Below, piece by piece: positions 20,010 through 29,560 of a DNA stretch of 37,412 nucleotides (position 1 is its first letter; each line of letters opens with the position of its first letter). The position numbers and the translations under genes were made by a program. The DNA comes from Bacteroidales bacterium (GTDB lineage Bacteria > Bacteroidota > Bacteroidia > Bacteroidales > UBA12077): the NCBI GenBank assembly GCA_028282585.1, contig JANQHR010000121.1, forward strand, positions 1-37,412. The letters run 5' to 3'. The notes under the pieces are model-generated. The model saw nothing but the letters and a program-made list of their open reading frames with translations. It had not been told where the DNA came from and searched no databases.

Positions 20010-20150
20010 AATATTCTATTTTATTACAATTAACCATGTATGCTTCATTGTAGTTATTTTATAAATACTTTTTTCCAAAAATCTAAATTAATATTTTTTA
20101 TTTATTTATAGTAAAATAGCTAATTTAGCTTTCCTTAATATTTAGATAAC

Positions 20151-22280
20151 ATGAAAGAAAATCATATTTTAAAAATCTCGGCTAGCCTTTCATTGAAAGA
20201 TTGGCAAGTAAGAAATACAATTCAATTATTTGAAGAAGGTGCTACAATTCCTTTTGTTAGCAGGTATAGAAAAGAAGCAACTGGTAGTTTAGATGAAATG
20301 CAAATTTCATCTATAAAAGAACAATTAACAAAGCTTCAGGAAATTGATAGCAGGCGTGATACTATTTTAAAAACAATTGAAGAGCAAGGAAAATTAACGG
20401 ATGAATTAAAAAAGAGAATTGAAGAAGCCCAAACTTTAACAGAGTTAGAAGATATTTATTTACCGTATAAACCTAAAAAGAAAACTCGAGCAACAAAAGC
20501 TAAAGAAAAAGGGCTTGAACCTTTAGCAAAAATCTTAATGAAACAGCAAGAGCTCAATATTGAAAGTAAAGCAGAGCAATTTATAAATGATGAAGTGCCG
20601 ACACTTGAAGATGCCTTACAAGGTGCACGCGATATTATTGCCGAATGGGTAAATGAAAACGAAAGAGCCAGAAATGATATCCGAAGATTATTCCGGCATG
20701 AGGCTGTTATAGAATCAAAATCAGTTAAAGGGAAGGAATTGGAAGGTATTAAGTATAAGGATTATTTTGAATGGGCTGAACCATTAAAAAAATGCCCTTC
20801 TCATCGTTTACTAGCTATGCGACGAGGTGAAAATGAAGGTTTTTTAAAATTGTCTATTTCTCCTGATGAAGATAAATCGTTAGAAGTGTTAAATGATCAG
20901 TTTGTACGAGGAGTTTATGATGTTTCAAGGCAAGTGGAAGAAGCAGTGAAAGATAGCTATAAAAGATTATTAGCTCCTTCGATGGAAACAGAATTTAAGA
21001 GTTCCTCAAAAGAAAAAGCAGATGAAGAAGCCATTAAGGTTTTTGCTGAGAATTTACGTCAATTACTACTAGCACCACCTTTAGGGCAAAAAAATGTTCT
21101 GGCTATAGACCCTGGGTATCGGACAGGATGTAAAATAGTATGTTTAGATGCGCAAGGCAATTTATTACATAACGAAACTATTTATCCTCACCAACCTCAA
21201 AATGAGCGTGGAATGGCTATGAAGAAAATAGATTCAATGGTTGAAACATTTAAAATAGATGCTATAGCTATTGGAAACGGAACTGCAAGCCGAGAAACGG
21301 AAGCACTTGTAAAAAAGATAAGATTCTCGAAAGATGTAAAAGTTTTTGTCGTTAGTGAGGATGGCGCATCGGTATATTCGGCTTCAACAGTAGCAAGGGA
21401 AGAATTCCCTGAATATGATGTAACGGTTCGTGGAGCAGTTTCCATCGGTAGAAGGTTAATGGACCCTCTGGCAGAGTTGGTTAAAATAGACCCAAAATCA
21501 ATTGGAGTAGGCCAGTATCAACACGATGTTGACCAAAATAAGTTGAAAGGGACATTAGGACAGGTTGTGGAAAGTTCAGTGAACATGGTTGGTGTAAGCT
21601 TAAATACTTCAAGTAAACACTTGTTAACTTATATTTCTGGCTTGGGCCCGCAATTAGCTCAAAATATTGTTGATTACCGAAAGGAGAATGGAGCATTTAA
21701 GTCAAGAAAAGAATTACAGAAGGTAAAAAGGATGGGAGATAAAGCATTTCAGCAAGCAGCAGGTTTCTTAAGGATTGATAATGCAGAAAACCCATTGGAT
21801 AATAGTGCTGTGCATCCGGAAAGTTATCATATTGTTGAAAAAATGGCTTCCGATTTAAATTGCGAGGTAATTGACTTAATCAAGAATGAAGGATTAAGAA
21901 AACAAATAAAACTCGAGGATTATGTTATTAAAGATGTTGGCTTACCAACATTAAACGATATTCTGGACGAATTGGCAAAACCAGGCCGTGACCCGCGGCA
22001 AGGAATAAAGGTTTTCGAATTCGCTGAAGGAATTAATAAAATTGAAGATTTACAAGTTGGAATGGTATTACCAGGAATAGTCACCAATATTACCAAATTC
22101 GGCGCATTTGTTGATGTCGGAGTTAAACAAGATGGATTAGTACATATCTCAAACCTGGCAAATCGATTCGTATCAGATCCAAATGAGATAGTAAAGTTGC
22201 ATCAGCACGTTAAGGTTAAGGTTACTGAAGTAGATATGACAAGGAAACGTATTCAATTGTCAATGAAAAATGTGGATTGA
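20151..22280 (+). CDS. tex: Tex family RNA-binding transcriptional accessory protein
   Basis: GATIPFVSRYRKEATG, LEDIYLPY, DPGYRTGCK, DPLAELVKI, GVGQYQHD, HhH repeats, C-terminal S1 domain FGAFVDVGV. Confidence 0.96.
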   Translation: MKENHILKISASLSLKDWQVRNTIQLFEEGATIPFVSRYRKEATGSLDEMQISSIKEQLTKLQEIDSRRDTILKTIEEQGKLTDELKKRIEEAQTLTELEDIYLPYKPKKKTRATKAKEKGLEPLAKILMKQQELNIESKAEQFINDEVPTLEDALQGARDIIAEWVNENERARNDIRRLFRHEAVIESKSVKGKELEGIKYKDYFEWAEPLKKCPSHRLLAMRRGENEGFLKLSISPDEDKSLEVLNDQFVRGVYDVSRQVEEAVKDSYKRLLAPSMETEFKSSSKEKADEEAIKVFAENLRQLLLAPPLGQKNVLAIDPGYRTGCKIVCLDAQGNLLHNETIYPHQPQNERGMAMKKIDSMVETFKIDAIAIGNGTASRETEALVKKIRFSKDVKVFVVSEDGASVYSASTVAREEFPEYDVTVRGAVSIGRRLMDPLAELVKIDPKSIGVGQYQHDVDQNKLKGTLGQVVESSVNMVGVSLNTSSKHLLTYISGLGPQLAQNIVDYRKENGAFKSRKELQKVKRMGDKAFQQAAGFLRIDNAENPLDNSAVHPESYHIVEKMASDLNCEVIDLIKNEGLRKQIKLEDYVIKDVGLPTLNDILDELAKPGRDPRQGIKVFEFAEGINKIEDLQVGMVLPGIVTNITKFGAFVDVGVKQDGLVHISNLANRFVSDPNEIVKLHQHVKVKVTEVDMTRKRIQLSMKNVD

Positions 22281-22439
22281 TAAAATAAAAATTTTCTTAT
22301 ATTTATGGCGTTAATGTAATTGATTGGGTGTTAAATAATATTACTTAAAGGAACGAATAATACTAAATCTAATGCGGGAGACGTAAATTTATTTATTATT
22401 TATATACAATTACTCTAATTTAATAATGACCCAATCGAT

Positions 22440-24851
22440 ATGAAAAAATTGACCCAACTTTTAATTTATTTTATCATTTCAACAACATATGCTTCTGAAA
22501 TTAACAGTATTAAAGGTTCTATAAAAGGATTTGTATACGACTGGCAGACAAATCAACCTCTTGAATATGCAACTGTTTCTATAAAGATTAAAAACGAAGG
22601 AACTATAGTAGATGGAGCTATTACTGATAATTCCGGATTTTTTAAATTGAAAAATATCAACTCTGGTTTGTACGAAGTTAAAATAACCTTTATGGGCTAT
22701 GAAACAATACTTCTAGATAGTATAAATGTTTACTCAAGTTCCCTTGATATAGATATCGGTAAAGTAAAATTAAAACCAAAGGTGGAACTGTTAGATGAGT
22801 TGGTTGTATCATCAGATAGAAATACAGTAACTTATAAAATTGATAAAAAAATTATTCATGTAGGCCGGCAATATACTTCCACAGCGGGAACAGCTATTGA
22901 TATTTTAGAAAACTATCCATCTTTTTCTGTTGATATAGATGGAATTGTAAGTATGAGAGGAAGTACAAGTTTTACCGTATTAGTTGATAACAGACCATCA
23001 ATTTTGGAACCAAGTGAGATATTAAATCAAATTCCTTCTAATAATATTGAAAGCATAGAAGTTATTACAAATCCTTCTGCAAAATTCGATTCAGAAGGTT
23101 CTGCTGGAGTAATCAATATAATTACAAAAAAAAACATATTGGAAGGGACTAATGGAATGTTTTCACTTAATGGAGGCATGTTCGATACCTACGGTGGAGA
23201 TCTGCTTCTAAATTTTAAGAAGGAAAAACTTAATTATTTTATAGGAGCTAACTATAATAGGCGTGGGATTGATGGAAAACTGGTATCTAATTACCGTACA
23301 ATGGAAAATGACACCATTTCATTTTTGGAAAGGAATGGAGAGTATGAAAGGCGAAAAGGATCGCAAAGTATCAGAGGAGGAATAGATTATAATTTTAACG
23401 ATAAAAACAAAATTAGTTTACAGGCAAATTATGGTAAATGGTTATCTTATGGGAAGACTGACTTAGATTATCGTGAATTTACACAGCCCGAAAGCTCGGA
23501 AAGTATTTATAATAATTTTGACGAACCTGATAGATATGGAAATTATTATAATGTTGATTTTAGTTATACTCATAATTTTTTGAAAAAAGGACATCGCATA
23601 ACGTCTATGTTATATTTTTCAAATGATAATCTGGTTGATGAAATAAAAAATGAACTTAGGGATGAATTTAATGAAATTACCAGTGGGCAAATATCAAAGG
23701 AATCCGGACCTGCGGAAAAATACACGTTAAAATTAGATTATACCTTACCGATAGCTTCAAATCACAAACTTGAATCAGGTTATCATGCAGATATTCAAAA
23801 ATATAACAAGGTAAGTGAGTTGTTTGAACGTAATGATGTAACGGAAACATACCAAAGCGTATTGGAATATTATAATAAGGTAAAATTTAATAAATTTATA
23901 AATTCGGCTTATCTGATTTTTTCAAGTGAGGTTAAAAAGCTGGGATATCAGTTTGGTATAAGGATGGAGCATACCAATAGGGAAATTAATGTTAACGATT
24001 CGGACGATTACTTAATTGATCGTTTTGATTTTTTCCCAACAATTCATCTAACATATAAAATAGATGATAAAAATGAAATGATGGTAAGCTATACAAAACG
24101 TATTCGAAGACCTCGGGATTGGCAACTCGAACCGTTTTATACATGGGCAGATGCTTACAATATTCGAATAGGAAATCCTTTATTAAAACCACAGTATGTC
24201 AATTCCTATGAATTAAATTATTTAAATAAATCAGAGAAAAATACTTTTTCGGCAAACGCATATTACAAAAAAACTCATGATCAAATAGAAAGGTTTAAAT
24301 CTGTTTTCGATGAAAGTATATATTTAAGTTCTTATGAAAACATAAGTGAAGGGAATTCACTGGGAATGGAACTTATGGTAAGTTTAGGACTTATAAAATG
24401 GTGGGATATTGATTTATCATCAAATTTTTATCGTTATTGGATTAAAGGAGAATTGTTTAATGAAAATATTGATAAAAGCAGTATTAATTTGAGAGCTCGT
24501 TTTAATAACACTTTTAAAATTAAAAAATCTACACGAATTCAGTTAACAGGAATGTATAATAGTCCATCAGTTTCAGTTCAAGGAGATAATCAGGGATATA
24601 TTATGATAAACGGGGCTGTCAGACAAAATATTACAAATGATCTTTCAGCTACATTGAATTGTACCGGAATTTTTGGATTGCTAAAGCGTGAAAGAACCTT
24701 TGAAAACGCAAATTTCTATTTATACGACTATACAGAGCCTTATACACCAATATTTAATTTTAGTTTATCATATAAATTCAACAACTATAAATACGACAGA
24801 AAAAAACATAAAAGGGGTAGGGATTTAGATAATGGCGAAGGAAGTCTTTAA
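22440..24851 (+). CDS. Outer-membrane beta-barrel family protein (CarboxypepD_reg-like + plug + OMP_b-brl_3; TonB-dependent-receptor-like)
   Basis: Signal peptide, PLEYATV, IEVITNPSAKFD.EG..GVINI plug, FFPT.H, RIRRP, GNPLLKP. Confidence 0.87.
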   Translation: MKKLTQLLIYFIISTTYASEINSIKGSIKGFVYDWQTNQPLEYATVSIKIKNEGTIVDGAITDNSGFFKLKNINSGLYEVKITFMGYETILLDSINVYSSSLDIDIGKVKLKPKVELLDELVVSSDRNTVTYKIDKKIIHVGRQYTSTAGTAIDILENYPSFSVDIDGIVSMRGSTSFTVLVDNRPSILEPSEILNQIPSNNIESIEVITNPSAKFDSEGSAGVINIITKKNILEGTNGMFSLNGGMFDTYGGDLLLNFKKEKLNYFIGANYNRRGIDGKLVSNYRTMENDTISFLERNGEYERRKGSQSIRGGIDYNFNDKNKISLQANYGKWLSYGKTDLDYREFTQPESSESIYNNFDEPDRYGNYYNVDFSYTHNFLKKGHRITSMLYFSNDNLVDEIKNELRDEFNEITSGQISKESGPAEKYTLKLDYTLPIASNHKLESGYHADIQKYNKVSELFERNDVTETYQSVLEYYNKVKFNKFINSAYLIFSSEVKKLGYQFGIRMEHTNREINVNDSDDYLIDRFDFFPTIHLTYKIDDKNEMMVSYTKRIRRPRDWQLEPFYTWADAYNIRIGNPLLKPQYVNSYELNYLNKSEKNTFSANAYYKKTHDQIERFKSVFDESIYLSSYENISEGNSLGMELMVSLGLIKWWDIDLSSNFYRYWIKGELFNENIDKSSINLRARFNNTFKIKKSTRIQLTGMYNSPSVSVQGDNQGYIMINGAVRQNITNDLSATLNCTGIFGLLKRERTFENANFYLYDYTEPYTPIFNFSLSYKFNNYKYDRKKHKRGRDLDNGEGSL

Positions 24852-25120
24852 AACCATTTGGTAAAAAGGTACTTACCAATTAGATGATTCAATTGATATT
24901 GTGCATTATGTATATTTTATGGTTTGGGTTTGGGTTTTTTCTGTAAACTCCCATTATATCTTATTTATATCATTGGAATATCAATAATATTTTTTCAAAT
25001 TAAATTTAGCCAGTTTTGGTTATCTAAATTTAGTTATGGTCAATATAGTAATTATGGAGAAGGTTAAATATGGTAGGTAAATCAACTCCTAAATCCCTAT
25101 AAATAAAATAAATAATCGAA

Positions 25121-25651
25121 TTAATAAAGTACTTTTTCATAAGTGCTTTTTTTAGTTACCGTATCAATACCATGGTATTCAATTGCTTTAAGTTCCGGTA
25201 TAATGCCATCTTCAGCTTGTAAATACAAATAACATAGTTGGGACATTTTATTATCGATTTTTAAGAATGCTTTTGCTTCAAAAGGGGCTGTTTGTTTAAG
25301 AATAATGTCTCGGTTTTTTTCAGCTACGATATGAATTAAGTAATGGTTTTCATTGCTTTCTAATTTTGAGAATTCTATGCCAAATGCAAGAGTTCTTTCT
25401 ATTTTTCGTAGTTCCATTCTTTGGCCTTGTTCATCATATCTTATCCAATAAACATCGATTGGATCATTTACTTTTAAATTTCCTTCGGAATCGAAATTTG
25501 CATCATATACAATTGTGTTAGCATTTAAATTACGTTGAATGAAAAAAAGCCTCTCGTTTGTTTTTTCAGGAATTGGATAATTATGTTTTGGAGCTGTTGA
25601 TAATGAAAACAACAAAGTTATGATAACAAATATGTGGTTCAATACATTCAT
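25121..25651 (-). CDS. DUF4833 domain-containing exported protein
   Basis: Signal peptide, LFFIQRN.NANTIVYDAN, PIDVYWIRY, RMELR.IE..LAFG. Confidence 0.75.
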   Translation of the reverse strand: MNVLNHIFVIITLLFSLSTAPKHNYPIPEKTNERLFFIQRNLNANTIVYDANFDSEGNLKVNDPIDVYWIRYDEQGQRMELRKIERTLAFGIEFSKLESNENHYLIHIVAEKNRDIILKQTAPFEAKAFLKIDNKMSQLCYLYLQAEDGIIPELKAIEYHGIDTVTKKSTYEKVLY

Positions 25652-25678
25652 TTTAATAAATGATAATTTAAAAAGTAC

Positions 25679-25704
25679 GACGTGTAAGACTGTTATTAGT
25701 TACA
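25679..25704 (-). promoter_or_regulatory. ECF-sigma-type promoter for DUF4833 gene
   Basis: Minus strand TGTAAC-N16-CGTC ending 27 nt upstream of the ATG. Fits the general ECF AAC/CGT consensus. Confidence 0.6.
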
Positions 25705-25849
25705 AGCGTTCAGTACTTATTTCAATTTTTGATTCCGTTTTCAAGAAATTACTATTTAAAAGAAAATAAACAAAAGTTTAATCATATAACATAAAAAATG
25801 AACACTGGTAAATAGATAAATGTTTTCTCTTAAAATATATTTAAACCCA

Positions 25850-25878
25850 TGTAATAATTATGGCACTTGAGTGTCTAA
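25850..25878 (+). promoter_or_regulatory. ECF-sigma-type promoter for second beta-barrel gene
   Basis: TGTAAT-N16-TGTCTAA, same spacing as the divergent copy, about 30 nt upstream of ATG 25910. Confidence 0.5.
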
Positions 25879-25909
25879 TTATGGTATTACTAATCATAAA
25901 ACAGGTAAA

Positions 25910-28369
25910 ATGTTTAAAAAAATATTGTTTATAGTCTTATTAACAGGAGTATACGGATTTTTATTTGCAAAAAATGAGAATCCTTCGGAAGCAACTAAAG
26001 GAATATTAAAAGGATACGTTTTTGAGGAAAATACTGATCAACCTTTAGAATATGCTACCGTATCTTTAATAAATAAAACAAATAACCAGTTGGTTAACGG
26101 AACTATTACTGATAATGCAGGTTTTTATAAAATTAGGAACTTAGAATTTGGTACATATAGGGTTGAAATTACTTTTATTGGATACAGCACAAAATCTATC
26201 GATAATATTGTTATAACCCGCAATAATAGAGAAGTTGACCTTGGTCTGACTAATTTATCACCTATGGTTAAAGAAATCGAAGAAGCTGTTGTAGTTGCAG
26301 ATAGACCAACAATGACCTATAAAATTGATAAAAAGGTTATAAATGTTAGCCAACAACATACATCGGCATCAGGAACAGCTGTTGAGATATTAGAAACCAT
26401 TCCATCGATTACTGTTGATATTGAAGGAAATGTTAGTTTACGGGGAAGTGAAAGTTTCACTGTATTAATAGATAATAAACCAACTGTACTGGATCCAAGT
26501 GATGCTTTAAGCCAAATTCCTGCAAGTGCCATTGAAAATATTGAGGTTATTACTAATCCTTCTGCAAAATATGACCCTGACGGTACGTCAGGTATAATTA
26601 ATATTATTACCAAGAAAAATAAATTGCAGGGTTTTAATGGAATTGTGAATTTAAATACAGGGATGTATGGGAGGTATGGTGGCGATTTTCTAATAAATTG
26701 GAGAAAGGAACGTTTAAACATTTTTTTCGGTGCCGATTTCAATAATAGAAATATGGAAGGAGAACGGGATAGTGAAAATAGAACTACCATTAATGATACA
26801 ACTTCTTATATAATTTCAGATGGCGATTTTGAGCGTGGGCGCCTTTCATACGGTTTCAGAGGGGGATTAGATTGGACTTTAAATCCTAGAAATACAATGA
26901 ATTTCGAAGCAAGGGCAGGATATAGAGATAGAAAAAGCGATAATTTAACGGATTATCAGGAATATACAAATCCGGTTACTGAGAGTTTTAATTATTTAAG
27001 TGAAGAAACATCTTCAAGAGGAGGATGGTACTATAATTATAGCCTTGGTTATACACATAAATTTCTAAAAAAGGGGCATCAATTGTATACACTTTTAAAT
27101 TACAGAATGAGTGATTCTGAAGAAGAGTCTATAAATGAACTTTTTGACATTTCAGGCATTTTAACAAGCGGACAAAAATCTTATGAGTCTGGCCCAAGTA
27201 ATGATTATAGGGTGCAAATGGACTATACTTTACCATTACGAGAGAATGATAAACTTGAAGCGGGTTATATTATGAGAATTGATGTTAGTGATGAATTATC
27301 GGAATTGGAAGAGTATAATTCATTAACACTACAATATGATTATCAGGATGATTTTAGGTATGACGTAGATCATTATAGTGAGATTCATGCTATTTATACA
27401 ACATACTCCGGTGAGATGGGAAGCTTTGGTTATCAGGGAGGATTGCGTGGGGAATATACATACAGGGATATTACACTGACCGAAACTAATGAAACATCGT
27501 TAGTTGACCGCTTTGATATTTTTCCTACAATTCACTTTTCGTATAACACTCCTAAAGAAAATCAATTTATGGCCAGCTATTCAAGAAGGATTCGGAGGCC
27601 AAGAAGTTGGTATTTAGAACCATTTATTACATGGTCAGATGCATATAATGTAAGACAGGGTAACCCAGATTTATTACCACAATATATTGATTCTTATGAA
27701 TTAAGCCATATTTTAAAGTTTGGCAGAAATACATTTTCTGTCGATGGATATTATCGAATCACAAATAATAAGATTGAGCGTATTAGAAGTGTTTATCAGG
27801 AAAATGTATTTTTAAGTACCTTCGAGAATGTTGGAAAAGACTATTCTTTAGGTTTAGAACTTATGCTTGGATTAGATATAACAAAATGGTGGCACGTGGA
27901 TTTAATGGGAAATATTTATGATTATAGAGTGGAGGGTACTTTTGAATACGAATCGGATGGAGAAACAAAGATTGCTGATTTTTCTGAAAACAGTTTCAAC
28001 TGGAATTCCAGATTAAATAATACCATTCGCTTGGGAAAATCAACCAGAGTGCAATTAAATGGAATGTATAACAGCCCAACGGTTTCCGCACAAGGGGAGC
28101 GTGATGGTTTTTTTATGACCAACCTTGCAGTTCGTCAAAGTTTTTACAATAATAAATTAGCGGCAACATTACAAGTGAGAGATTTGCTGGGTACTATCAG
28201 TCATTCTTCAACTTACGAAGGAGATGGATTCTATTCATATTACAATTTTCAGCCAAATACCCCATTAGTTACTTTAACATTTTCGTTAAAACTAAATAAT
28301 TACAAACCAGATAGAAGGAATAGAAATCAAGAATCTGATGACATGGGTGAAGGTGAAGAGGGATTCTAA
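25910..28369 (+). CDS. Outer-membrane beta-barrel family protein, paralog of 22440-24851
   Basis: Signal peptide MFKKILFIVLL...LFA from ATG 25910, PLEYATV, IEVITNPSAKYDPDG, IFPTIHF, RRIRRP, GNPDLLP. Confidence 0.88.
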   Translation: MFKKILFIVLLTGVYGFLFAKNENPSEATKGILKGYVFEENTDQPLEYATVSLINKTNNQLVNGTITDNAGFYKIRNLEFGTYRVEITFIGYSTKSIDNIVITRNNREVDLGLTNLSPMVKEIEEAVVVADRPTMTYKIDKKVINVSQQHTSASGTAVEILETIPSITVDIEGNVSLRGSESFTVLIDNKPTVLDPSDALSQIPASAIENIEVITNPSAKYDPDGTSGIINIITKKNKLQGFNGIVNLNTGMYGRYGGDFLINWRKERLNIFFGADFNNRNMEGERDSENRTTINDTTSYIISDGDFERGRLSYGFRGGLDWTLNPRNTMNFEARAGYRDRKSDNLTDYQEYTNPVTESFNYLSEETSSRGGWYYNYSLGYTHKFLKKGHQLYTLLNYRMSDSEEESINELFDISGILTSGQKSYESGPSNDYRVQMDYTLPLRENDKLEAGYIMRIDVSDELSELEEYNSLTLQYDYQDDFRYDVDHYSEIHAIYTTYSGEMGSFGYQGGLRGEYTYRDITLTETNETSLVDRFDIFPTIHFSYNTPKENQFMASYSRRIRRPRSWYLEPFITWSDAYNVRQGNPDLLPQYIDSYELSHILKFGRNTFSVDGYYRITNNKIERIRSVYQENVFLSTFENVGKDYSLGLELMLGLDITKWWHVDLMGNIYDYRVEGTFEYESDGETKIADFSENSFNWNSRLNNTIRLGKSTRVQLNGMYNSPTVSAQGERDGFFMTNLAVRQSFYNNKLAATLQVRDLLGTISHSSTYEGDGFYSYYNFQPNTPLVTLTFSLKLNNYKPDRRNRNQESDDMGEGEEGF

Positions 28370-28376
28370 TAAAGAT

Positions 28377-28413
28377 GTTCCCTCCCGATGTTGATCGGGA
28401 TTGGGAACTTTTT
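28377..28413. terminator. Terminator between convergent genes
   Basis: GTTCCC-TCCCGAT-gttg-ATCGGGA-tt-GGGAAC followed by T5. Confidence 0.75.
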
Positions 28414-28415
28414 AT

Positions 28416-28628
28416 TTAATCAGTTTTTTCTATTGGGCAGGTTCGTAAACCAAAAATACTGTACAGCGGGCAGAAGCTTACAAAACTGGTTAATAAGAAA
28501 ATTCCTGCAGCTATCAATAATACAATTCCTAATATTCCTGATATTACGTTAGTGAAAAACAATACAGTTACTATAATAGCTATTAATGTTCGGATAACTC
28601 TGTCCGCGGTCCCCATGTTTTTTTTCAT
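28416..28628 (-). CDS. DUF2892 (YgaP-like) small membrane protein
   Basis: MKKNMGTADRVIR, two TM helices, FCPLY.IFG..TC. Confidence 0.9.
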   Translation of the reverse strand: MKKNMGTADRVIRTLIAIIVTVLFFTNVISGILGIVLLIAAGIFLLTSFVSFCPLYSIFGLRTCPIEKTD

Positions 28629-28687
28629 AATATGTTTATTTAATTATATTCTTATTCTAAAACAATTTTTGTATTGATATGTTTATT

Positions 28688-29518
28688 CTAATCAATTAAA
28701 TCAAATACTCTTAATACATTCCATGTTATATCTTTTCGATATTTATGCGTGGTGTCATATTCGGGTGCAATAACATTTAATGCAAAGAAATATACATTAT
28801 CGTCTCTTTCGACATAACCAACTATCCATCCAATGAAATGGTTATTTCCAATATCTCCACCGCCGGTTTTATAACTGAACTTATAATCATCAGTTTCTTC
28901 TTGAAGAAATACTTTCTTGCTGATATACATTGTTTTATCAGTTAAATCAAATTTATTGGTATAAAATTTTCTTAGAAAATTGACTTGTTGTTGTGCAGAT
29001 ATTTTTAATGATCCATTTAACCAAAACTCATCAATTTTACCAGTAATCATTTGATTTCCATAGCTAAATAGCTCAATGTATTTGTTTAAGTCATATTCTC
29101 CAATTCTACGAGCTAGTTCCTGGTAAAACCAAACCACCGAATTGTCAAAGGCAGATTCTAAGGTATGATCCTTGTCCCAATTTAAATTAGCCCAAAAATC
29201 CTGTTCAGGATCTCTCTCTTCATTCCATTTTATTACTGAATTCTGATTGTTAATTGCACCTGTTTCGATACCTATTATTGTATTAACAATTTTAAATGTT
29301 GACAAAGGAGTGAATTGCATTTGGCATCTCTCAATATCCCAATAGAAATATGAATTATTGTTTAAATCATAAAGAACAAAGCATCCTGGTATATTATCAA
29401 AATAAGATCGTATTTCACTGGTATCCGATTTTTCCCAAAGAATATCATTTTGTGCATTTGAGCTTTGGCTTAAAAAAGCATATAAACAAGTAAAAAAAAT
29501 GGTTATGAGTGATTTCAT
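28688..29518 (-). CDS. Class D (OXA-like) beta-lactamase / transpeptidase-fold protein
   Basis: Signal peptide, STFK, SVV, YGN, FWLNG.LKIS, KTG, GWIVG.VE...YFFALN. Confidence 0.85.
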   Translation of the reverse strand: MKSLITIFFTCLYAFLSQSSNAQNDILWEKSDTSEIRSYFDNIPGCFVLYDLNNNSYFYWDIERCQMQFTPLSTFKIVNTIIGIETGAINNQNSVIKWNEERDPEQDFWANLNWDKDHTLESAFDNSVVWFYQELARRIGEYDLNKYIELFSYGNQMITGKIDEFWLNGSLKISAQQQVNFLRKFYTNKFDLTDKTMYISKKVFLQEETDDYKFSYKTGGGDIGNNHFIGWIVGYVERDDNVYFFALNVIAPEYDTTHKYRKDITWNVLRVFDLID

Positions 29519-29560
29519 TTCTAATCAGTTTAATGTTTATATAAAGTTAGATAATAATAT

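Noticed and set aside
24921-24937. GGTTTG short tandem repeat as phase-variable tract or G-quadruplex
   Set aside because: Fewer than three full units, too few G-runs, and located between convergent genes.
25871-25909. GTG start for the second barrel gene
   Set aside because: It overlaps the predicted ECF -10 element, and the signal peptide begins at ATG 25910.
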